Positions 1 to 8,977 of a DNA stretch of 64,000 bases are shown here, piece by piece. Location: NCBI GenBank assembly GCA_022844165.1, contig JALHMH010000015.1:1-64000 (forward strand). Direction: 5' to 3'. The number at the start of each line of letters is the position of its first letter. The first letter of the stretch is position 1. The position numbers and the translations under genes are program-made. A model generated the notes under the pieces. It saw nothing but the letters and a program-made list of their open reading frames with translations, searched no databases and was not told the origin of the DNA. The DNA comes from Lysobacterales bacterium. GTDB taxonomy: Bacteria; Pseudomonadota; Gammaproteobacteria; Xanthomonadales; SZUA-5.

Positions 1-116
1 CAATCCCAAGCCCTTCATCTGGCGCAAGAGCGCCGATGCGATCATCGAAGCGGTAGCTCGTGCGGCAGGGAAATTGATTACTATTTAATGGTAGTTATTT
101 TTGGGACACCACACTA
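1..116 (+). mobile_element. 3' end of an IS630-family insertion sequence (transposase C-terminus 2..88 plus right terminal repeat ending at TA 115-116)
   Basis: Frame 2 reads NPKPFIWRKSADAIIEAVARAAGKLITI*, matching the PKPFxWxKSAD C-terminus typical of IS630 transposases; followed by GGGACACCACAC-TA. Confidence 0.75.
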
Positions 117-340
117 GTGGTAATTACCTTGAACTATTTCCGCGTCTTTCGACCCCATGCAGCGTTGCTTCTCGTCGCCATAGAAGAGCTATGTCGTCCG
201 GCCCGGCGGCGCAGCCGCCGGTCGTTCAAGTCGGCTCGCGGCATGCCGCGAAAGCCACCGACTTTCACCCTCGTCGCGCCTTGCCTGACGCCGAAATCCA
301 TCGGAAATATTGTTCAACTTAATGACGAAACACCACACTA
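115..340. mobile_element. MITE family A, copy 1 (IS630-like ends, left TIR truncated)
   Basis: About 200 bp near-identical to parts of 24117-24420; ends GAAACACCACAC-TA; the TA overlaps the hydrolase stop codon. Confidence 0.75.
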
Positions 341-1180
341 GCCTGTGATGGCCGCTGCCACGGTTTCAGGATCATCCATGTGCAAATGATGACCGCCCGG
401 CAGCCGTAACAGTCGTTCCGGACGTAGCGCCTCGATTCGCTTCTGCGCCAATGGCCCGCTCAAATAAGAGGTTTCCGGTTGCGCCAGGATGATGGTGGTT
501 GGTGCGCGCACGCTGGAAAGCAGTTGCAAGTACTGCGCTTCGGTGGCGCGCATTGGTGTCGGTAAGGTCTGGCGAGGATCGGAACGCCATACGAATCCGC
601 CCGGCACGCGCTTCACAGCGCGTTCGACCAGCGATCGCGCTGCTGCTTCGCTCAAGTCACCCGCGCTCATCCGTGCGCGAACCGCCGCATGGATGTCGCC
701 GTGGACCGTTAGCCGTTTGCCGGCGAGTGCGCGGCGCGCGTCCAGCGCCTTACGCATATCGGTGGCGAGATCCTGCGTGTCTCTGGTTAAAGGGCCCAGT
801 GCTTCGATCAACACCAGACGTTCGATGCGATCGGGGTAGGCAGCAGCCAGCAGCGTGGCAATTGCGCCGCCCATTGAGTGCCCGATCAAGGTGACGCGTG
901 GCCAGCCGAACGCGTCCAGCAGTGAGACCACGTCGTAAATGTAGTCGATAAAGTGGTACCAGGCGCCAGTTGGTCGATGAAAGCTCCGTCCATGGCCCGG
1001 CAAGTCGGGTGCGATACGGTCACCAGGGAGCAACGGCGCCAGGGATGAAAAGCTTGCTGCGTTGTCCAACCAGCCGTGCAGAAGCAGCGTCGGTGCGCCA
1101 CTTTCCTTTCCCCAACGCAGTCCCTCCCAGCGCTGCCCGCTGGCGCTGCGCTTGAAATTTTCGCTCATGCATCGATCCAT
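338..1180 (-). CDS. alpha/beta fold hydrolase
   Basis: HGWLDN, GHSMG nucleophile motif, GGHHLH. Confidence 0.9.
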   Translation of the reverse strand: MDRCMSENFKRSASGQRWEGLRWGKESGAPTLLLHGWLDNAASFSSLAPLLPGDRIAPDLPGHGRSFHRPTGAWYHFIDYIYDVVSLLDAFGWPRVTLIGHSMGGAIATLLAAAYPDRIERLVLIEALGPLTRDTQDLATDMRKALDARRALAGKRLTVHGDIHAAVRARMSAGDLSEAAARSLVERAVKRVPGGFVWRSDPRQTLPTPMRATEAQYLQLLSSVRAPTTIILAQPETSYLSGPLAQKRIEALRPERLLRLPGGHHLHMDDPETVAAAITG

Positions 1181-2244
1181 GGTTGCGCTGCGCGCAGCTT
1201 CGTCGCCAAGCTTGCCGCATCGCTATCGCTCAGTGCCAGCGGCATTCCAGACATCTGTCGGACCATATCGGCCAACGCGTCGGCGTGTGCCTGGCTGGCA
1301 TTGAGCGCGGGGATATAGCGCAAGGCCGAGCCGCCGGCCGCCACGAAAGCATGCGCATTTTCCTCGGCAATCTCCTCCAGCGTCTCCAGACAATCGACCG
1401 CAAAACCGGGGCAAATCACATCGAGCGTTTTGATTCCTGCGGTGGCGAGCTCGATCAACGTTTTATCGGTGTAGGGTTGCAGCCAGACTTCGCGGCCCAC
1501 GCGCGATTGGAAGGTGATGACGACCTCGCTTTCCTCCAGTTCCAGTCGCTCGCGCAACCGACGTGCTGTGGCGTGGCACTGGCAGAAGTATGGATCGCCA
1601 TTTCTCAAGTAGCGCCGTGGTACGCCATGAAAACTCAAGACCAGCTTGTCGCCGCGGCCATGCATGGCCCAATGTGCGCGAACGCTGGCAGCGAGCGCAT
1701 CAAGGTAGCCGGCGTGATCGTGATAGTGGGAAATGAAGTTAAGCCGTGGGACCAGGCGCCAGTGCCGCAGTGCCTTGGCGATCGCATCGAAAACCGAAGC
1801 GGTCGTACTGCCGGAGTACTGTGGATACAGTGGCAGCACAACCAGGTCGCGTACGCCTCGTTGGCGCAGGTCGTCGAGCACATTACTTAAACTCGGTTGG
1901 CCATAGCTCATGGCGAGTTCGACTTGCCAGCCTGGCAGGCGATCCGCGACGGCACAACGCAGCGCCTGCGAATGCAGCAACAAGGGCGAACCTTGAGCGG
2001 TCCAGACTTTTCGGTAAGCGCGCGCCGAACGCGCTGGGCGGATACGCAGGATGACGCCGTGCAAGATCAGCCACCACAACCAGCGCGGTAATTCAATGAC
2101 ACGCGGATCGCTGAGGAACTGCGCCAGATAACGCCGTACCGCACTCGTCGTAGGTGCGTCGGGTGTGCCCAGATTCACCAGCAGCAGTGTCCGGTTGGGT
2201 GGCCGTGCGTGGCCAGTAAGCTCGTTGATGCCCAGGTAGTTCAT
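1165..2244 (-). CDS. hemH: ferrochelatase
   Basis: LLVNLGTP, PLYPQYS, SFHGVP, CPGFAVDCLETLEEI; start placed at MNYLG. Confidence 0.95.
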   Translation of the reverse strand: MNYLGINELTGHARPPNRTLLLVNLGTPDAPTTSAVRRYLAQFLSDPRVIELPRWLWWLILHGVILRIRPARSARAYRKVWTAQGSPLLLHSQALRCAVADRLPGWQVELAMSYGQPSLSNVLDDLRQRGVRDLVVLPLYPQYSGSTTASVFDAIAKALRHWRLVPRLNFISHYHDHAGYLDALAASVRAHWAMHGRGDKLVLSFHGVPRRYLRNGDPYFCQCHATARRLRERLELEESEVVITFQSRVGREVWLQPYTDKTLIELATAGIKTLDVICPGFAVDCLETLEEIAEENAHAFVAAGGSALRYIPALNASQAHADALADMVRQMSGMPLALSDSDAASLATKLRAAQPWIDA

Positions 2245-2352
2245 TGACCGCCTTATGCCACAAACACCCTGGACTTGAGTCAAATTTTCTTCGAATCGGC
2301 TTTGGTAATGCGGTCCTGACGTTGTCGCTCTGTCGATGAACTGTATCTGCGC

Positions 2353-2480
2353 GTATCTACAACGATACGAAGGTATCGTTACTTCCACGATCGGCATGCG
2401 ATCTGAGAATTTACGTATCTATAAGTATCTGATTTTATGAACGAGGCCGAGAGGCACAACTCGCTGGCACGGCCTTTGAT
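2353..2480 (+). promoter_or_regulatory. sigma54-type promoter region of the rtc operon (candidate UAS, IHF site, -24/-12 element)
   Basis: GTATC-N6-GATAC at 2353-2368; IHF-like AATCAGATACTTA on the minus strand at 2422-2434; TGGCACGGCCTTTGAT at 2465-2480 (GG-N10-GA). Confidence 0.6.
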
Positions 2481-2531
2481 AAGCGTACGCTTTGACAATG
2501 CGTGGAAATCAACGCGCCGGGAGACGCAGCC

Positions 2532-2657
2532 ATGTTAGATGCAAAGTTGTACGCGCCGCAGGTGGCGAACTTCGAAGGTGCGCGAGCGTACCGCGTGGAT
2601 GCACGGCAAACGCTGGCGCAACTGGCGATGACCGGTAGCTCAGTGGTAGAGCGATAG
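2532..2657 (+). pseudogene. N-terminal remnant of a TROVE/Ro60 (Rsr-like) gene fused to RNA sequence
   Basis: GGGAGA RBS, then MLDAKLYAPQVANFEGARAYRVDARQTLAQLAMTG-SSVVER*; NxEGAxAY...LAQLAxTG resembles proteobacterial TROVE N-termini. Confidence 0.6.
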
Positions 2658-2682
2658 ACCGACTGTCCAAACACTCGTCGTC
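2632..2682 (+). ncRNA. truncated tRNA-like / YrlA-type Y RNA (5' half only)
   Basis: CCGGTAGCTCAGTGGTAGAGCG is a tRNA D-arm, followed by CACTCGTCG; no T-arm (GGTTCGA) before rtcB. Confidence 0.5.
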
Positions 2683-2703
2683 TGGTCTTTGAGGAGAAGG
2701 AAC

Positions 2704-3921
2704 ATGATGTACAAAGAAATGACCGATCACGGTGGTGTGCCGGTGAAGATGTGGACGCGCGGCGTGCCGGTGGAAGACGAGGCGCAGCGCCAGTTGGCGC
2801 AGCTCTCGCGCCTGCCGATCGTGTGGCCGCATGTGGCGGTGATGCCGGACGTGCATGTCGGCATCGGCGCCACGGTGGGCTCAGTGGTGCCGACGCGCAA
2901 CGCCATCATCCCAGCCGCAGTGGGTGTGGATATCGGCTGCGGCATGATCGCGGCGCGGACTTCGCTTACCGCGGGCGACCTGCCGGATAACCTGGCGGCG
3001 GTGCGCAGTGCGATCGAAAAGGCCGTGCCGCACGGGCGCAGCAGCACGCGCGCCGGGCGCGACAAGGGCGCGTGGAACGAGCCGCCGAAGACCGCGGAGA
3101 AAGCCTGGAGCGGTTTGCAACAGGATTTCAAGCGCTTGTGCGAAATGCATCCACGCTTGAACAAAACCAACAACTTGAACCACCTCGGGACACTCGGGAC
3201 GGGTAATCACTTCGTCGAGTTATGCCTCGACGAAACCGATCAGGTTTGGGTGATGTTGCATTCGGGTTCGCGCGGTGTCGGCAACGCCATCGGAACGCAC
3301 TTTATCGAGTTGGCGCAGGCGGATATGCGTAACCATATCCAGAACTTGCCGCATCGCGATCTGGCGTATTTTCAGGAGGGCTCGCCGCGCTTCGCCGAGT
3401 ATGTATTTGCGGTCGATTGGGCACAGCGTTTCGCGCGGGAAAATCGCGCGATCATGATGTCCAACACGCTGGCGACGTTGTCGAAGGCGATCCCGAAGCC
3501 GTTCAAGCTGACCGAGGAGGCGGTGAACTGTCACCACAACTACGTGCAGCGCGAAACGCACTTCGGCGAGAGTTTGTTCGTGACCCGCAAGGGCGCGGTG
3601 AGCGCGCGGAAGGGGCAGCTCGGCATCATTCCGGGATCGATGGGTGCGAAGAGCTTCATCGTTCGCGGCCTCGGCAACGAGGAAGCCTTGTGTTCGTGTT
3701 CGCACGGCGCTGGGCGCGTAATGAGCCGCACCAAGGCAAAGCAGATGATTACGCTGGACGATCATCGTAAAGCTACGGCGCACGTCGAATGTCGTAAGGA
3801 CGAGGATGTCATCGACGAGTCCCCGGCCGCGTACAAGCCGATCGACCAGGTGATGGCCGCGCAGGCGGATCTCGTTGAGATCGTGCATACGCTGCGGCAA
3901 GTGGTGTGCGTAAAGGGGTGA
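2704..3921 (+). CDS. rtcB: RNA-splicing ligase RtcB
   Basis: MPDVH, VGVDIGCGM, GTLGTGNHF, HSGSRG, SCSHGAGR, C-terminal VKG; GAGGAG RBS. Confidence 0.97.
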   Translation: MMYKEMTDHGGVPVKMWTRGVPVEDEAQRQLAQLSRLPIVWPHVAVMPDVHVGIGATVGSVVPTRNAIIPAAVGVDIGCGMIAARTSLTAGDLPDNLAAVRSAIEKAVPHGRSSTRAGRDKGAWNEPPKTAEKAWSGLQQDFKRLCEMHPRLNKTNNLNHLGTLGTGNHFVELCLDETDQVWVMLHSGSRGVGNAIGTHFIELAQADMRNHIQNLPHRDLAYFQEGSPRFAEYVFAVDWAQRFARENRAIMMSNTLATLSKAIPKPFKLTEEAVNCHHNYVQRETHFGESLFVTRKGAVSARKGQLGIIPGSMGAKSFIVRGLGNEEALCSCSHGAGRVMSRTKAKQMITLDDHRKATAHVECRKDEDVIDESPAAYKPIDQVMAAQADLVEIVHTLRQVVCVKG

Positions 3922-3922
3922 G

Positions 3923-3983
3923 CGAGCGCGCTCGCGCGGCATGCCGCGCGCGCCCGCGAACGCCCGCACATGGATGTGCGGGC
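3923..3983. repeat. GC-rich palindromic (REP-like) hairpin cluster between rtcB and rtcA
   Basis: GCGAGCGCGCTCGC, GCGCGGCATGCCGCGC, GCCCGCA-CATGGATG-TGCGGGC. Confidence 0.5.
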
Positions 3984-4083
3984 CGGCGCCCGGCGTCAGG
4001 ACGACTACTTGAAATGAACCCGCGCCCTCCTCGGAGAGGAGCCGCAGCAAACACCAGTCACTAACGACCAACCACCAACCAAA

Positions 4084-5100
4084 ATGCTCACCATCAACGG
4101 CGCCGCTGGCGAAGGCGGCGGACAGATCTTGCGGACGGCGCTATCGCTCTCGGTGTTGCAACAGAGGCCGATCCGCATCGAGAACATTCGCGCCGGACGG
4201 CCCAAACCGGGGCTGATGCGTCAGCATCTCACCTGCGTGAAAGCCGCGGCCCAAATCTCGGCGGCAGACGTGCAGGGCGACATGCTCGGTTCAACCGCGC
4301 TCGAATTTCATCCGCGTGCGCTCGCGCCGGGCCACCATCACTTCGCGATTGGTACGGCCGGCAGCGCAATGCTGGTGCTGCAAACCGTGCTGCCGCCGTT
4401 GCTGCGCGCAGAGGAGCCGTCACGGATTACGATCGAAGGCGGTACACACAACCCACTGGCGCCATCGGCGACGTTCTTCGAACACGCTTTCCTGCCGCGT
4501 ATTCGCGAAATGGGTGCGCGTGTGACTTTCGCTTGCGAACGCGTCGGCTTGTTTCCGGCGGGCGGCGGTCGTGTCGTGCTCAATGTGCAGCCCAGCGAAC
4601 TGACGCCGTTGACGTTGACCGATCGCGGCGAGCGCATCGTTACGCACGCTGAAGTATTGATTGCCGGCATCGCCGGACACGTCGCGCTGCGCGAACTGAC
4701 GCGTATTGCCGATCGCTTTCGTCTGCGCCGCGAGCAATTGCGCCATACCGATCTCGGACACAGCACCGGGCCCGGCAACGTCATTAGCGTGATCGCACAA
4801 TTCCAGCGCGTCACCGAGGTCATCACCGCCTTCGGCGCGCGCGGCGTCAGCGCCGAGTCGGTGGCGGACGGCGCCTGTGCCGAGCTCGAATCTTATCTGG
4901 CATCGAGCGCGCCGGTTGGCGAACATCTCAGCGATCAGCTTCTGTTACCGCTATGGCTGGCCGGCGGCGGCGAGTTCCGCACCGATGCGATCAGTGGCCA
5001 CCTGGAAACCAACGCTGCGTTGATCAACCAATTCGACGGCCCGCAGGTCGCCTTGGAAAACGGTAGCAACGGTGTGCGGATTTCGCTGCGCGATCGATGA
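4084..5100 (+). CDS. rtcA: RNA 3'-terminal phosphate cyclase
   Basis: GEGGGQILRTAL, RPKPGLMRQHL, GGTHNPLAP, EHLSDQLLLP. Confidence 0.97.
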   Translation: MLTINGAAGEGGGQILRTALSLSVLQQRPIRIENIRAGRPKPGLMRQHLTCVKAAAQISAADVQGDMLGSTALEFHPRALAPGHHHFAIGTAGSAMLVLQTVLPPLLRAEEPSRITIEGGTHNPLAPSATFFEHAFLPRIREMGARVTFACERVGLFPAGGGRVVLNVQPSELTPLTLTDRGERIVTHAEVLIAGIAGHVALRELTRIADRFRLRREQLRHTDLGHSTGPGNVISVIAQFQRVTEVITAFGARGVSAESVADGACAELESYLASSAPVGEHLSDQLLLPLWLAGGGEFRTDAISGHLETNAALINQFDGPQVALENGSNGVRISLRDR

Positions 5101-5922
5101 GCATCGAATCCAAGGACGGCTGGTTCTGTATCGAAGGTACGCCGACGGCCGAATCGCTGCGCGCGCTTGGCGACAAAGGCGCCATTGATCGGCTGTCGAT
5201 TCGTAGTCCCTCTTTGCTGACCGCGAAACTGGCTGAACACCTAAAGCACCTGCGCTCCGTCGATTTGCTTTGGCTGTCCTCGGAGGTCACGCGCACCGCA
5301 ATGCGTCATGTGCTCCGTATCCCGCAACTGCGGGTACTCTATGTGCTTGGTATCAAGCCTCCGGGCAGGCTCGTTGGATTCGCTGAGGCACAGCACCTCA
5401 CCACGGTGCGCGCCGATTGCCATCTTTCCGAGTCTGACGATTACGGAGTGCGAATCGCTGATCGAACTTGGAATCCAGGGAGCTTGCCTGGATGATCGAG
5501 TGATAGCGGCTCTGTTGGGTCTCAAACATCTGCGCTCGCTCGATCTTGAGGGCACTCGGTTTGACGACACGCTCGCCGATCAGCTTAGCGTTTCCACAAC
5601 GTTGGAATCACTCGAAGTCGGCGCTACCAGAATCACCCATGTCGGTCTGCGCTCCCTGCTTCGGATGAAGCAGCTGCGTGCACTCGATCTTTGGGCGACG
5701 GATTTAAGCGAAGCCGACCTGCAGATGCTTCACAAGCTTCCGTCGCTCGAATACGTTTCTGTGGGCGGATACCAGGGCTGCACCCTTCGGGCGGCAAAGA
5801 TCGTCGGCCTGCTCACGTCGCTGCCATCGCTGAACCGTGTTTGGTTGGATGGGATCAAACTTTCTCCAATGCAAAGATCGACGTTGGAGTCGAAGATCCC
5901 CTCGGTTCGTATCTCGTACTGA
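5097..5922 (+). pseudogene. leucine-rich-repeat-like protein split by a frameshift near 5435
   Basis: LxxLxxLxL repeats in two overlapping frames (5097-5495 and 5308-5922); ATGA overlap with the rtcA stop. Confidence 0.65.
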
Positions 5923-6121
5923 ATCAGCGCCGATCGTTCCCTCTCCCTATCTTCCTGTTTGCAGCGAAAGTGTTTGCTCTGATCGGCACGGCTCGACACG
6001 ACGCAAACGCGCGATCAGAGCGCACGCTCGCGTTTAGCGCCCACAAAAGCGCTCAAATTGCCCGCCACGGAATCCCCGGCATCGGCCAGAATCTCAGCAC
6101 GCCATCATCGAGGCACATACA

Positions 6122-7021
6122 ATGTTCACCAGACGAGAGCTACTGGCCGCGACCACCACGGCTGTCCTGTTGCCCGTGCCTGCCGCCGTGGGTGCCACCA
6201 AGGATCGCGCCGACGCCGCCCATCGACTGCGGTCACTGGAGCAGGGTGCGGCACGGCTCGGCGTCTGTTTTCTCGACACGGAAACGGGCGAGAACAGTGG
6301 CAACCGGTTGGACGAACGATTTGCGATGTGCTCCACGTTCAAGCTGGCGATGGTCGCCGCCTGCCTACGAGAGTCGGATCATGGCCGCATCGATCTTTCC
6401 GAAGTGCTTCCATATACCGAATCGGATCTGCTTCCCTGGGCGCCAGTCACACGAGAGCATCTTGACCAAGGCGGCTTGCCGATCGCGGCTCTGGCACAGG
6501 CAGCGCAGGAAATGAGCGACGGGGTTGCAGCCAACCTTCTGGTCAAGCGCCTGGGCGGACCTGCTGCCGTCACCGCGAAATTTCGGGACATGGGCGATAC
6601 AAAGACGCGTCTCGACCGCTACGAGCCGGACCTTGGCCTGGTGCTGTCAGCCGACATGCGCGACACCACCACTCCTATGGCAATGGCCCAACTGGTACGG
6701 CGCATTGCAACAGGCGATCTACTGACACCCGAATCGCGTGATCGCCTGGTGGGCTGGATGGTCAACACGCAAACAGGCGCCCATCGCCTCCGGGCAGGCG
6801 TGCCGACCGGATGGCGAATAGGCAACAAGACTGGGACAGGGCGCACGGAAGGCACGACCAACAAGGTCAACGACCTCGCGCTTGTCTATCCACCGGGCCG
6901 CAGTCCGGTCGTGATTGCCGCCTACTTCGATAGCGGCGAATACACTGCCCAGACCGAGCGGCGCCATGAGGCTGTTCTCGCCGAAGTTGGAAAGATTGCG
7001 GCCGATTGGGCGCTGGCTTAG
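6122..7021 (+). CDS. bla: class A beta-lactamase with Tat signal
   Basis: TRRELL twin-arginine motif; CSTFK, SDG, RLDRYEPDL, KTG. Confidence 0.92.
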   Translation: MFTRRELLAATTTAVLLPVPAAVGATKDRADAAHRLRSLEQGAARLGVCFLDTETGENSGNRLDERFAMCSTFKLAMVAACLRESDHGRIDLSEVLPYTESDLLPWAPVTREHLDQGGLPIAALAQAAQEMSDGVAANLLVKRLGGPAAVTAKFRDMGDTKTRLDRYEPDLGLVLSADMRDTTTPMAMAQLVRRIATGDLLTPESRDRLVGWMVNTQTGAHRLRAGVPTGWRIGNKTGTGRTEGTTNKVNDLALVYPPGRSPVVIAAYFDSGEYTAQTERRHEAVLAEVGKIAADWALA

Positions 7022-7081
7022 CCCCTGAGCCCGGCCACATACTCGTGGCTATGGAGCATGCCTGAGCGCTGCTTTGACTGA

Positions 7082-8293
7082 TCAACCCCGTCCGCGTCGG
7101 GCGCGTTGCGCCTTCAGCCGCTGCGCCGCAACCAGCAATGTGTCCAGCTGCAGCCAATCGGTTCCAGACAAACCAACTTCTCGATCCAGCAGGTTAGGGA
7201 TCACACCGGCCGGCACGCCGCTATTGGAGTTCCACAAGACCGCGATGCCCGTGCCGTTGTCGGGAACCAGCGCTACCATCGCGCGATAACCTTGTACGGC
7301 ACCGGCATGGAAAACGACGCGCGTGCCGGCATAGTTGAAGACTCTCCAGCCGAGCGCATACCCGGCGCCCCACAAACGTTCGCGGCGCCAGCGTGGGCCC
7401 AGTAACTCTCCAGGGGTGTCGATACGCGACGCATGAGCCATTTCGATGACACTGGGAGAGACGACCTCTGGCGCTTCGCCCAACTGCGCGCGCAGCCACT
7501 TCGCCACATCGGCGATGGATGCGTTGACGCCCGCCGCCGCTGGTAACTGGTAGTACGTCGGTTTGGGCTCGACGGGTACCCAGCCGCGCGCGGTATGCAC
7601 ATGCGGGCGCGCCCAGTTCTCGGCGGACAACAAGTCGTCGCGACCGACGCTGGTGTCCTGCATGTCGAGCGGCACCAACACGCGGCGCTTGAGTTCCATT
7701 GTGAACAGGCCGCCGGCAGCGTTGAAAGCGACGTCCGCCGCAACATTGAACAGCACGTTCTGGTAGGCGTAACAGCCGCCGATTGCACAGTCGGGCTTTA
7801 CCGTCGGCAAAGCGTCGATCAGGTCCTGGAGCGCCGCATTGGCTTCCAGCTTCATGTCGAACGTGTGGTGCGGCAAACCGGTCTGATGGCTCAACAGACG
7901 TTCGATCGTCAGGGCCGCGGCATCCGGGTCTTTGAGCGTGAGGCCCGGTACGCGATCAATCACACTGTCGTCGAGGGCGAGGTAGCCCTCTTCGGCGAGC
8001 ATGGCGGTGAGCGTGCCCGCAAACCCCTTCGACACCGACGCCAGCCGAAAAACGGTTCGCGCATCGACGTTGTTGCCACCGGCAGTCTTGGTCACGCCCT
8101 GAGCGATCAATACGTCCGACTCATCGCGCTCGACGTAGGCCACAGCCATTGCCGGAGTCGCGCCGCTGGCGACCACGGCGTTCACCCACTGCAAAATTTC
8201 GCGCTCAATCGGGCGCACCGGTGGTGTACCGATCGAGTCGGCGGCAGCGGAAAACGATAGCGCCGCGAGTGCGAGCAAGGCGAACTGGCGCAA
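7082..8293 (-). CDS. serine hydrolase, beta-lactamase/AmpC-related family
   Basis: Signal peptide; ASVSK, LLSHQTGL, YQN, HAG. Confidence 0.88.
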   Translation of the reverse strand: MRQFALLALAALSFSAAADSIGTPPVRPIEREILQWVNAVVASGATPAMAVAYVERDESDVLIAQGVTKTAGGNNVDARTVFRLASVSKGFAGTLTAMLAEEGYLALDDSVIDRVPGLTLKDPDAAALTIERLLSHQTGLPHHTFDMKLEANAALQDLIDALPTVKPDCAIGGCYAYQNVLFNVAADVAFNAAGGLFTMELKRRVLVPLDMQDTSVGRDDLLSAENWARPHVHTARGWVPVEPKPTYYQLPAAAGVNASIADVAKWLRAQLGEAPEVVSPSVIEMAHASRIDTPGELLGPRWRRERLWGAGYALGWRVFNYAGTRVVFHAGAVQGYRAMVALVPDNGTGIAVLWNSNSGVPAGVIPNLLDREVGLSGTDWLQLDTLLVAAQRLKAQRARRGRG

Positions 8294-8364
8294 CCTGCCT
8301 CCGTGATATTCTCGGTGTAAGCGTAATCGTAGCGTTTTTTCGCCATCTTGTGAGGAGGTCTGCC

Positions 8365-8955
8365 GTGGTCAGTCTGCTGGTGTTTCTTGCAATTGTGGTT
8401 GTATTGGTGCTGTTTCTGATCGGCATTTACAACGGACTGGTGACCGCACGAAATGGATACAAGAACGCGTTCAGTCAGATCGATGTGCAATTGACGCGAC
8501 GCCATGACTTGATCCCGAATCTGGTGGAGATCGCCAAGGGCTACATCAAACACGAGCGCGAGACGCTGGAGGCGGTGATTGCGGCACGCAACACCGCCGT
8601 GAGCGGTCTCAAGGCGGCGAGCAGCAACCCGGGCGATCCGGCCGCGGTGCAACAGTTGGCCGCGGCCGAAAATCAGCTATCGGGTGCGCTTGGTCGGTTA
8701 TTTGCGCTGTCGGAGGCGTATCCGGATCTCAAAGCCAACTCGACGATGATGCAGCTGTCGGAAGAATTGACCAGTACCGAAAACAAGGTTGCCTTCGCGC
8801 GACAGGCCTACAACGACTCGGTGATGGGTTACAACAACAAGCGCGAGGTGTTTCCCAACAATATCGTTGCCGGCATGTTTACGTTCGGCGCGGCATCGTT
8901 GCTGGAACTCGACGATCCGGCGAAACGCGAAGTGCCCAAGGTGAGCTTCACCTGA
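8365..8955 (+). CDS. lemA: LemA family protein
   Basis: YNGLV, SQIDVQLTRRHDLIPNLVE, EAYPDLKAN; GAGGAGG RBS before GTG. Confidence 0.93.
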   Translation: MVSLLVFLAIVVVLVLFLIGIYNGLVTARNGYKNAFSQIDVQLTRRHDLIPNLVEIAKGYIKHERETLEAVIAARNTAVSGLKAASSNPGDPAAVQQLAAAENQLSGALGRLFALSEAYPDLKANSTMMQLSEELTSTENKVAFARQAYNDSVMGYNNKREVFPNNIVAGMFTFGAASLLELDDPAKREVPKVSFT

Positions 8956-8977
8956 GCCCACGCTCTGCCAGACGGCC

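Noticed and set aside
101-341. Short ORFs repeated at 24071-24502
   Set aside because: They are translations of MITE A, not genes
2632-2700. Functional tRNA gene upstream of rtcB
   Set aside because: Only a D-arm is present; there is no anticodon arm, T-arm or acceptor 3' strand
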